From positions 1-40,129 of the forward strand of contig JAKLJB010000081.1 of NCBI GenBank assembly GCA_023151375.1: a stretch of DNA of 40,129 bases. Direction: 5' to 3'. Both the position numbers and the translations under genes were made by a program. Below, one piece after another: positions 8,459 through 16,652 of this stretch. The stretch comes from Thermoanaerobaculia bacterium (GTDB taxonomy: Bacteria > Acidobacteriota > Thermoanaerobaculia > UBA5066). The notes beneath the pieces were generated by a model, which saw only the letters and a program-made list of their open reading frames with translations, had not been told where the DNA came from and did no database searches. The first letter of the stretch is position 1; every line of letters begins with the position of its first letter.

Positions 8459-10366
8459 ATGAGTGATTCCGACGTTTTCCCGATCGACCCTGTCCCCGAA
8501 CCGCCCGCGGCTCCCGCTCCAGCGGCGCCCGTTCCTGCGGCGCCGCCTCCGCCCGCCGCGCAGGCTCCAGAACCCGCCCCGCCCGCGGCTCCGAGGAAGC
8601 CAGGCCGCGGCCTGAAGTTCCTCTTCATCGGGGCCGGCATCTTCTCCCTCCTGGTTCTCATCGCCGCGATCGGCTTCCTCCTCTTCGGGAAGAAGATGGC
8701 GGTCAAGGGCGGGACTGTCCTCGAGCTGAACCTCGAGTCGGCGTACCCCGAAATCGCGAGCGATGGTCCCTTCGCGTTCGGCAAGAAGACCATGACCCTC
8801 GCGGATCTGACGGGCACCATCGATCGGGCCGCCACGGACGAGCGAGTGTCGGGGCTTCTGGCTCGAATCGGAGCCAGCGCGACCGGAATGGCGGAGACCC
8901 AGGAGATCCGGGACGCGATCAAGCGATTCCGGGCCTCGAAGAAGTTCGCGGTGGCCTACTCCGAGACCTTCGGCGAGTTCGGGCCCGGGAACGGCTCCTA
9001 CTACCTCGCGACGGCCTTCGACGAGATCTACCTCCAGCCGTCCGGCGACATCGGACTGAGCGGGTTCGTCCTGGAGTCCCTCTTCCTTCGGGGGATGTTC
9101 GACAAGATCGGCGTCAAGCCCGAGTTCGACCACCGCAAGGAATACAAGAACGCGATGAACACCTTCACCGAGAAGGCCATGACCCCCGCCCACCGCGAGG
9201 CGATGGACGGGATCCTGCAGTCGCGCTACCGGCAGCTGGTCTCCGGAATCGCCGAGGCCCGGAAGATGAGCGAGGACGAGGTCCGAACGACCATCGACAA
9301 CGGACCGTACCTGGGGCCCGAGACGGTGAAGGCGAAGCTCGTCGACGGGCTTGCCTACTGGGATGAAGTCACGAAAAAGGTCAAGGAGCGGGCCGGCAAG
9401 AACGGACACCTCATGAAGGCTTCCCGCTACCTCGACGCGGAGGGACTCCTTCACGAAGAGGGCAAGCACACGATCGCCGTCATCCACGGAATCGGCGGCG
9501 TGGCGCGCGGCCGGAGCAGCGTGAACCCGGTCACGGGGAACGCGACCATGGGCTCGGACACCGTGACCCACGCCTTCCGCAAGGCCGCCGAGGACAAGTC
9601 GGTGAAGGCCATCGTCTTTCGCGTCTCGAGTCCCGGAGGGTCCTATGTCGCCTCCGACGCCATCTGGCGCGAGGTCGTCAACGCGAGAAAGGCGGGCAAG
9701 CCCGTGATCGTCTCGATGGGCGAGGTGGCGGGTTCGGGCGGCTACTTCGTCGCCATGCCCGCGGACAAGATCGTCGCCCAGCCCGCAACCATCACCGGCT
9801 CGATCGGAGTCCTCTCCGGGAAGTTCGTGACCAAGGAAATGTGGGAGAAGCTCGGGATCACCTTCGACCAGGTGGAGGCCGGCAAGAACTCCAACTTCTG
9901 GAACAGCTCGAGAAGCTACACCCCGGCCGAGTGGGAGCGGTTCCAGGCCTGGCTCGACCGGATCTACGAGGACTTCACGAAGAAGGTCGCCGAGGGAAGA
10001 AAGCTCCCGATCGAGAAGGTCCAGGAAATCGCCAAGGGCCGTATCTGGTCAGGAGAGGAAGGAAAGAAGATCGGGCTCGTGGATGAGCTGGGAGGAATGG
10101 AGACCGCCATTTCCCTGGCCCTGAGGGCCGCTGGCTTGAAGGACACCGACTCGTACAAGCTCGAGGTCTTCCCGAGAAAGAAGGCGCCGTTCGAAGCCCT
10201 CATGGCGGCTTTTTCGGGCCAGGACGAGGATGCGGCGGCTGCATCGGTCTCCTCCCAGGAGGAGCTCATCCGGACCCTTCGGCCCCATCTGAAGAAGCTC
10301 GAGGCCATGGGCGTGATCGGCGAACCGCCTGGAGTCCTGTCGATCCCGCCGGTCGAGATGCAGTGA
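8459..10366 (+). CDS. sppA: Signal peptide peptidase SppA (protease IV, 67K type)
   Basis: Pro/Ala-rich N-terminus plus TM (FLFIGAGIFSLLVLIAAIGFLLF). Two ClpP/crotonase-like halves with IAVIHGIGGV and SMGEVAGSGGYFVAM...ITGSIGV. AAGGAG SD 8 nt upstream. Confidence 0.85.
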   Translation: MSDSDVFPIDPVPEPPAAPAPAAPVPAAPPPPAAQAPEPAPPAAPRKPGRGLKFLFIGAGIFSLLVLIAAIGFLLFGKKMAVKGGTVLELNLESAYPEIASDGPFAFGKKTMTLADLTGTIDRAATDERVSGLLARIGASATGMAETQEIRDAIKRFRASKKFAVAYSETFGEFGPGNGSYYLATAFDEIYLQPSGDIGLSGFVLESLFLRGMFDKIGVKPEFDHRKEYKNAMNTFTEKAMTPAHREAMDGILQSRYRQLVSGIAEARKMSEDEVRTTIDNGPYLGPETVKAKLVDGLAYWDEVTKKVKERAGKNGHLMKASRYLDAEGLLHEEGKHTIAVIHGIGGVARGRSSVNPVTGNATMGSDTVTHAFRKAAEDKSVKAIVFRVSSPGGSYVASDAIWREVVNARKAGKPVIVSMGEVAGSGGYFVAMPADKIVAQPATITGSIGVLSGKFVTKEMWEKLGITFDQVEAGKNSNFWNSSRSYTPAEWERFQAWLDRIYEDFTKKVAEGRKLPIEKVQEIAKGRIWSGEEGKKIGLVDELGGMETAISLALRAAGLKDTDSYKLEVFPRKKAPFEALMAAFSGQDEDAAAASVSSQEELIRTLRPHLKKLEAMGVIGEPPGVLSIPPVEMQ

Positions 10367-10398
10367 AGGGGCTCCCCTCACCGGCGTAGACTCGACGC

Positions 10399-11037
10399 AT
10401 GTCGGCAATCGCGAAGCACATCGAGGACGAAGAGCGGGAGGCGCGGCCGGAGTTGCCGGCCGTGCCGGACTTCACGCAAATCTTCCACGAGATGGAAGCG
10501 GTTCTCGAAAAGCTGCCGGATCGCCCCAGGGTGGAGATCATCCGGGGCATCTTCGCCATGTCGCCCCGGCCGAGAGTCAGGCACAACCTGACCATTACGG
10601 CGCTACGCGCCCACCTCCACGACGCATTTGGACGGACCTCTGGGGCTGAGGCCCCCGAGTGGCTGTTCGTGGAGGAAGCCGAGCTCAAGTCAGAGGTGAC
10701 ATGGACGAGAGTCGTCCCCGACATCTCCGGGTGGCGCCGCTCGACGACCGGCTGGCCAGGGCTCGACGAATCCCTGATCACCTTGATGCCTGAATGGGTC
10801 TGCGAGGTCCTGTCGCCATCGAACGCCGCGACAGACCGCGGTGCAAAGCTCGAGGCTTACGGCTTGATGGGCATCGGATGGGTCTGGATCGCCGACCCGC
10901 AGGAGAGGACAATCGAGACCTTCGTCAATATCCGGGGGCAAATGAAGCCCGAGACGACAGCGGCGCCCGGTTCCGTGATCCAGGCGCCGCCGTTCGAGAG
11001 CCTGCCAGTCCGGCTCGACGAAATCTTCCCGGGCTAA
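10399..11037 (+). CDS. Uma2-family endonuclease-like protein (DUF820)
   Basis: Characteristic PEWVCEVLSPSN...D core and overall Uma2 layout. Paralogous to the ORF at 31599-32225. The 3' end overlaps ddl by 4 nt. Confidence 0.75.
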   Translation: MSAIAKHIEDEEREARPELPAVPDFTQIFHEMEAVLEKLPDRPRVEIIRGIFAMSPRPRVRHNLTITALRAHLHDAFGRTSGAEAPEWLFVEEAELKSEVTWTRVVPDISGWRRSTTGWPGLDESLITLMPEWVCEVLSPSNAATDRGAKLEAYGLMGIGWVWIADPQERTIETFVNIRGQMKPETTAAPGSVIQAPPFESLPVRLDEIFPG

Positions 11038-12134
11038 CGGCCCCTGACAGGACGCCGGAAAGCGCTCTGCACGAGCTTTCCGAGGAGCACGGGGAGGCTC
11101 GTGCCCGTGGCCTCCCACATCTTCGGGTACATCGAGATGGGCGTGAACCCCGGCAGCGAGTTGATCTCGTTGAGGAGGATCTTTCCGCTCGACCGCTCGA
11201 GGAAGAAGTCCACTCTCGCGAATCCCGCGCCGCCAACGGCGTCGAAGGCCGACACGGCGAGTGCGCGGATCTCCTCGATCCGCTCGGGTGCAAGGGCGGC
11301 CGGGATCACCGGCCGCGACGTGTTGTCGATGTACTTGTCCTCGTAGTCGTAGAACTCGTGGCCCGGGATGATCTCTCCCGGCAGAGACGCCAGCGCCGGC
11401 TCGCCGGCCTCGCCCTCGAGAACCGAGCACTCGATCTCGCGGGCATCGACGCCTTCCTCGACGATGGCTTTCGTATCCATCTCCAGGGCGAGCGCGATGG
11501 CCCGGTCGAGGTCGTTCACCGACTTGACCTTCGTCACGCCGACGGACGAGCCGGCGCAGGCCGGCTTGACGAAGACGGGCATCGGCATCATCTCGAGACG
11601 TTCTTCGAGGAGGTGGCGGCGTCCTCCGCTCCCCCAGTCGCTCTTCGTCACGGGCACGTAGTGCACCTGAGGAAGACCGGCGGCGGAGAAAGCAGCCTTC
11701 ATCAGGATCTTGTCCATGCCGACGGCCGAGGCGCTGACCCCGCAGCCGACATAAGGGATGTTGAAGGACTCGAAGAGCCCCTGGTAGACGCCGTCCTCGC
11801 CGAAGGTGCCGTGAACGATCGGGAACATGACGTCGACACGGGAGGCGCCGTGAGCCGCGAGAAAAGACCCGATGATGGCCTCTGGCTTCGCGAGCTCGCT
11901 GCCGGGCTTGACGCCGTCGAAGAGGAGGGCGTTGTCTGGGCGCGCGAACTGCGCCGTCATCTCCTCGGCCGAGGCCTCGGGAGTGTGCCAGAGCCCATCC
12001 TTGGAGACGAAGAGAGGGACACTCTCGTAGAGGTCACCGGGCAGGTTCTCGAGGAGGCACTTAGCGGAGTAGAAGGAGACTCCGTGCTCGCGCGAGGGGC
12101 CGCCAAAGACGACCCCGACTCGTATCCGGCTCAC
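11034..12134 (-). CDS. ddl: D-alanine--D-alanine ligase
   Basis: RVGVVFGGPSREHGVS, FPIVHGTFGEDG, ATP-grasp motifs and LNEINSLPGFT. GTG start overlaps the serA TGA (GTGA). Confidence 0.9.
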   Translation of the reverse strand: MSRIRVGVVFGGPSREHGVSFYSAKCLLENLPGDLYESVPLFVSKDGLWHTPEASAEEMTAQFARPDNALLFDGVKPGSELAKPEAIIGSFLAAHGASRVDVMFPIVHGTFGEDGVYQGLFESFNIPYVGCGVSASAVGMDKILMKAAFSAAGLPQVHYVPVTKSDWGSGGRRHLLEERLEMMPMPVFVKPACAGSSVGVTKVKSVNDLDRAIALALEMDTKAIVEEGVDAREIECSVLEGEAGEPALASLPGEIIPGHEFYDYEDKYIDNTSRPVIPAALAPERIEEIRALAVSAFDAVGGAGFARVDFFLERSSGKILLNEINSLPGFTPISMYPKMWEATGTSLPVLLGKLVQSAFRRPVRGR

Positions 12135-13738
12135 GACAGCGTCACGATCCTCGCCGCCAGGATGCCGGGCAAACCCAGGAGCGAGGCGGTCAGGGCGTCC
12201 TCATCGAGGCCGGTCTCTGGCCGGTCGATCTTCACGACCGCCGCGGCGCGCGACTCCGAGCTGCGGGCCAGGGCGAAGTCGGCGATGTTGATCCCGAGCT
12301 CTCCCAGCTTGGTACCGATCCGGCCGACGACACCGGGCACGTCCCGGTTCTCGATGAAGATCAGGTTGCCTTCCGGCGTGAATTCCATCGGCAGGCCATC
12401 GACCGCGACGATCCGGCAATGGCGCTCGCTGAAGAGGGTGCCCGACACACTTCGCCGCGAGGAAGCCGACGAGAGCGTGACCGTCACGAGGTTCGCGAAC
12501 CCCTCGGGACCTCCCTCCACGATCTCGGAGATGGAAAGGCCCCGTTGCCGGGCGATGGTCGGAGCGTTGACGAGGTTGACCGCCTCGGCACAGCGCGGGG
12601 TGAGGACGCCTCGAACGGCCGCTACCGTGCAGGCCTTCTGGACGCCCGGGGGCACTCCCGACAGCGAGACCTCGACCTTGACGGGCGCTTCCTTCAAGAG
12701 CTGGCTCGCAAGCTCGCCAGCCGCCCCCGCGAGGCGCATCCAGGGAAGGGCCGTGTGCGGATCGCCGCCCGCGGGGAAGGGAAGGTTGACAGCCGCAACG
12801 AAGGGCGAGCCCGAGAGCGCTTCCACGAGCATCTCCACGGTCTCGACCGCCACGCGGTCCTGGGCCTCGACGGTGGAGGCCCCGAGGTGGGGAGTGCAGA
12901 TCACCTTCGGGTGCGAAATGAGGGCAAAGTCCTTGGGCGGCTCCTCGACAAAGACATCGAGCGCGGCGCCCGCGATCTTCCCGGAATTGAGTCCCGCGAG
13001 CAGAGCGGTGTCGTCGATGAGAGTCCCGCGGGCGCAGTTGACGAGGTAGACCCCCTCCTTCATCTGCGCGACACGGGCCTCGTTCACGAGCCTCGCCGTC
13101 TCGGCGGTCGACGGCGTGTGCAGGGAGATGATGTCCGCGCGAGAGAAGAGCTCATCGAGGGAAACCAGGTTGATTCCGAGCTCGGCGGCCTTTTCTGGCG
13201 GAATGTACGGGTCGTAGGCCAGAAGGCTCACCTGCCAGGGCCGAAGCCGGGCCGCCACGCGTGAGCCGACCTGTCCGAGGCCGACGAGCCCGACTGTCTT
13301 GCCCTGAAGCTCCGTTCCGACGAACTGGGTCCTCTTCCACTCCCCGGCCTTCAGGGAGACGTGGGCCTGGGGGACGCGCCGGAGGAGAGCCAGCAGCATG
13401 GCAATCGAGTGCTCGGCCGCCGAAACGACGTTGCCCGAGGGGGCGTTGACGACGAGGACTCCGAGCTCCGTCGCGGCCTTCACGTCGACGTTGTCCAGAC
13501 CGACTCCGGCCCGGCCGACGACTCGAAGGTTCGTGCCCGCGGCCAGGAGCTCGCGATTGACCTTGGTGGCCGACCGAACGACGAGGCCGCCATAGCCCGG
13601 AATGATCGACAGGAGCTCCTCGCGGCTGATCCCGGCCTTCACGTCGAAGGAGAGACCGGCCTGCGAGAGGATCGCGAGGCCGGTCTCGGAAAGCGGTTCA
13701 GCGACGAGGACGGAAGAGTTCTTCGGCCGGGCGCTCAC
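12131..13738 (-). CDS. serA: D-3-phosphoglycerate dehydrogenase with C-terminal ACT domain
   Basis: Rossmann GLVGLGQVG. Catalytic core (CARG, HLGAST). ASB and ACT domains (NIADFALAR). GTG at 13738 chosen by homology (VLVAEPLSETGL) and overlaps the serC TGA (GTGA). The track's upstream extension was rejected. Confidence 0.85.
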   Translation of the reverse strand: MSARPKNSSVLVAEPLSETGLAILSQAGLSFDVKAGISREELLSIIPGYGGLVVRSATKVNRELLAAGTNLRVVGRAGVGLDNVDVKAATELGVLVVNAPSGNVVSAAEHSIAMLLALLRRVPQAHVSLKAGEWKRTQFVGTELQGKTVGLVGLGQVGSRVAARLRPWQVSLLAYDPYIPPEKAAELGINLVSLDELFSRADIISLHTPSTAETARLVNEARVAQMKEGVYLVNCARGTLIDDTALLAGLNSGKIAGAALDVFVEEPPKDFALISHPKVICTPHLGASTVEAQDRVAVETVEMLVEALSGSPFVAAVNLPFPAGGDPHTALPWMRLAGAAGELASQLLKEAPVKVEVSLSGVPPGVQKACTVAAVRGVLTPRCAEAVNLVNAPTIARQRGLSISEIVEGGPEGFANLVTVTLSSASSRRSVSGTLFSERHCRIVAVDGLPMEFTPEGNLIFIENRDVPGVVGRIGTKLGELGINIADFALARSSESRAAAVVKIDRPETGLDEDALTASLLGLPGILAARIVTLS

Positions 13739-14880
13739 GCCCCGGCTCCGGCTGCCGCGGGCACCTTCGCGCGGAGCTTCTCCACACAACGGTCATAGGC
13801 CGCCAGGAGGTTCCTGATGGACTCGACGTCCACGTCTCCCATGTGGCCGATGCGGATGTTTGTCTCCTTGACCTTTCCGTAGCCAGAACCCGGCGTGATG
13901 CCCTCGTTCTTGATGACCTTGTTGAGCTCGACGGCACTGATCCCCTCGGGCGGATAGAGGGACGAAACCGTCGGCGAGTGAGCGCCATCCACGGGGAAGA
14001 AGCGGAACCCGCTCGTCTTCGTCCACTCTTCGATCACGGACAGCATCTCGTGGTGCCGGGCCCAGCGGTTCTCCAGCCCCTCGGCAAGGATGTGGTCGAG
14101 CTGGACGTCCATGGCGTAGAGCAGCGGAAGGCTCGGCGTCGTCGGGTTCTGCTTCTTCTTTCCGAACTCATGGACGTCGATGATGTCGAGGTAGAGGCCG
14201 CGGAACTTCTTGTTCCGGGCCGCCTCCAGAGCCTTCTCGGAGACGGAGAAGAGGGCGATGCCGGGTGGAAGCGCCAGAGCCTTCTGGGAGCCGCACACGG
14301 CGATGTCGATCCCCCACTCGTCGACCTCGACCTTCGTTCCGGCCAGGGACGTCACGACGTCGACGAAGATCAGGGCGTCGGAATTCTCCTTGATGACCTT
14401 GCAGATGGCGGCGATGTCGCTGATGGTGCCCGTCGAGGTCTCGTTGTGGACCACCGTGACGGCCGCGTACTTCTTGGCGAGGAGCTTGGCCTTGACGTCA
14501 TCGGCCAGGATGGGCTTGCCCCAGTCGACCTTCAGGATGTCGGTCTCGAGGCCGAGCTTCTTGCTCATCTCGCCCCACTTGTCCGAGAACGCGCCATTGC
14601 AGCAGGCGAGGACGGGACCCTCCACGCACGAGACGAGGGCCGCTTCCCACACGCCGGTCGCCGAGGTGGCGAGGGTATGGGCGGCGCCCTTGGTCCGGAA
14701 GAGCTTCGGGAGGCGATCGAGGATCTTGCCGTACAGGTCCGAGAATGCCGCGGAGCGGTGCGACATCATCGGCCCGCCGAGTGCCGCCAGAACCTGGGGC
14801 CGAACCCAGACGGGGCCTGGGTTGAAGAACTTCACCTTGCCGGCAAAGCCGCTGGTCGAGTCGAATTGTTCGGTGCTCAT
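13735..14880 (-). CDS. serC: Class-V aminotransferase, short-type phosphoserine aminotransferase
   Basis: FNPGPV N-terminus, HNETSTG, VCGSQKAL (PLP-Lys region). It lies directly upstream of serA and is coupled to it. Confidence 0.7.
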   Translation of the reverse strand: MSTEQFDSTSGFAGKVKFFNPGPVWVRPQVLAALGGPMMSHRSAAFSDLYGKILDRLPKLFRTKGAAHTLATSATGVWEAALVSCVEGPVLACCNGAFSDKWGEMSKKLGLETDILKVDWGKPILADDVKAKLLAKKYAAVTVVHNETSTGTISDIAAICKVIKENSDALIFVDVVTSLAGTKVEVDEWGIDIAVCGSQKALALPPGIALFSVSEKALEAARNKKFRGLYLDIIDVHEFGKKKQNPTTPSLPLLYAMDVQLDHILAEGLENRWARHHEMLSVIEEWTKTSGFRFFPVDGAHSPTVSSLYPPEGISAVELNKVIKNEGITPGSGYGKVKETNIRIGHMGDVDVESIRNLLAAYDRCVEKLRAKVPAAAGAGA

Positions 14881-14946
14881 ACCCCGAATTCTAGTCCGGG
14901 GAGACTCCCACGGCCGGAGGCGACCAGACCAAAGTCCGGGGTGCGG

Positions 14947-15615
14947 CTAGTCAGCGAAAAGGTCGAGGATGTCCGTCAGGGAATCGACGAGGTAATCGGG
15001 CCGGGCGGACTCAAGCTCCTCGCGAGACGACGAGCCGGTCGGCAGGACGGCGACCGGCATGCCGACCGCCCGGGCGGTTTCGACATCGATCGGCATGTCC
15101 CCGACAAAGAGACTGGAAGAGGGCGGAACACCCATTGCGCCGAGCGCGGCGACGACCATGGCGGGATCCGGCTTGGGCGGAAACTCGGGAGTCGGCCCGG
15201 CAATGACCCGAAACCTCGGGGCGAGACCGAGCTCTTCCAGAAGCTGGATGGAGAACTGCAGGGGCTTGTTCGACGCCACGGCCAGGGGAACGCCGCGGCT
15301 GGCGAGATCCCGGGTCACCTGCTCCGCCCCGGGCAAGAGTTCGGTCATCTCGGGTCCGCTCCGGGCATAGCTCTTCCGGAACATGTCCACACCCAGGGGA
15401 GCACGTTCGGGACCGAGAACCTTTCTCATGAGGGCTTCGAGACCATTCCCGACGAGCCGGCGGGTTTCTTCCCTGCCGATCGGCGGCTCGCCGAAGGCGG
15501 CGAGAACCTCGTTGAGCGAGAGATTGATGGCCGAGTAGGAATCGATCAGGGTGCCATCGAGGTCGAAGACACAACCCGAGAAGCGAGGCGAGCCGTTTCG
15601 CGGCTTCTCAGTCAT
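14947..15615 (-). CDS. HAD-superfamily hydrolase (phosphoglycolate-phosphatase-like)
   Basis: DLDGTLIDS motif I, SNKP motif II, K...GDMPIDVETA motif III. Trimmed to ATG 15615, which overlaps the TGA of the upstream oxidoreductase (ATGA). The track's 524-aa ORF is an artefactual upstream extension. Confidence 0.75.
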   Translation of the reverse strand: MTEKPRNGSPRFSGCVFDLDGTLIDSYSAINLSLNEVLAAFGEPPIGREETRRLVGNGLEALMRKVLGPERAPLGVDMFRKSYARSGPEMTELLPGAEQVTRDLASRGVPLAVASNKPLQFSIQLLEELGLAPRFRVIAGPTPEFPPKPDPAMVVAALGAMGVPPSSSLFVGDMPIDVETARAVGMPVAVLPTGSSSREELESARPDYLVDSLTDILDLFAD

Positions 15616-16559
15616 TCCGGCACCGTCAGGACGACCTTTCCGATGTTCTCGTTTCGTTCCAGGATGGCGTGCGCAAGGGCCGTTTGACCGATCGGGATCA
15701 CGGCGTGAACGACGGGGCGGAATCGCTCGGCCGCGAATCCGGGCAGGATGTCGGCGGAGAACCGCCGGATGATCTCGGCCTTCTCGGAAACCGAACGGGA
15801 CCGAAGCGTGGACCCAATGATCCTCAGCCTCTTGGCCATGAGGGCCCGAAGGTCGAGCTCGGCCTTCGGGCCGCCCATCGTGGCGATCTGAACGAGCCTG
15901 CCGCCCCGGGAGAGGACCTGCACGTTCTGCGGGAAGAAGGGCCCGCCGACGGGATCCAGAATCACGCCCACGGCATCCCGTCCCCATTCCGCCTCCAGGG
16001 CGGCGGCAAAGAGGCCATCCGGCGCGGCCAGGGCGAGATCGGCCCCGAGGGCCGAGAGCGCCTTCAGTTTGCCGGCCGACCGGACCGTCGCCGCCACGCG
16101 GCAGCCCCGGTCCTTGGCGATCTGGATGCCGGCGGTTCCCACGCCCGAGGCCGCGGCGTGCAAGAGAATGCTCTCCCTGTCTTTCAATCCGGCTTCGAGG
16201 ACCAAGTTGAGATAGGCGGTCAGCCAGACCTCCGGAATCGAGGCCGCCTCTGCAAACGACAGGTTCGCGGGCACCGGCATCAGATGCGATCGAGGAACGG
16301 CCACGCGCTCGGCGTATCCGCCGCCCGGCAGGAGAAAGAAGACCCGCTCTCCCGAGTCCTCCGCCACGCCGGCCGCCTCGAGTCCCAGGATCTCCGACTC
16401 TCCAGGCGGAGGCGGGTACTTGCCCGCGGCTTGCAAGAGGTCCGCCCGGTTCACGGCCGTCGCCCGCACCCGGACCAAGACCTCCCCCGGCCGGCAAGAC
16501 GGATCGGGTACTTCGGTCCACTGGAAGTGACCGGGAGCCAGGCAGACGACCGCTCTCAT
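15612..16559 (-). CDS. Zn-independent NAD(P)H:quinone oxidoreductase (MDR superfamily)
   Basis: MRAVVCLAPGHFQWTEV..., GVNRADL, AAASGVGTAGIQIAK nucleotide-binding motif. Confidence 0.8.
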   Translation of the reverse strand: MRAVVCLAPGHFQWTEVPDPSCRPGEVLVRVRATAVNRADLLQAAGKYPPPPGESEILGLEAAGVAEDSGERVFFLLPGGGYAERVAVPRSHLMPVPANLSFAEAASIPEVWLTAYLNLVLEAGLKDRESILLHAAASGVGTAGIQIAKDRGCRVAATVRSAGKLKALSALGADLALAAPDGLFAAALEAEWGRDAVGVILDPVGGPFFPQNVQVLSRGGRLVQIATMGGPKAELDLRALMAKRLRIIGSTLRSRSVSEKAEIIRRFSADILPGFAAERFRPVVHAVIPIGQTALAHAILERNENIGKVVLTVPE

Positions 16560-16652
16560 GACAGTTCTTCTTCCTCTTTTCTCAGTTTAGCCCCGAGGAC
16601 GTCTTTCCATCTCCGGGGAAACGCCGCTTAGAATTCGAAAGGCACCAGCACC

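Noticed and set aside
14947-16521. 524-aa ORF from the track spanning the HAD hydrolase and most of the oxidoreductase gene
   Set aside because: The N-terminal 300 aa are Arg/Gly junk overlapping the well-supported oxidoreductase in another frame. The HAD homology begins at MTEKPRNG (ATG 15615), which forms an ATGA overlap with the upstream stop.
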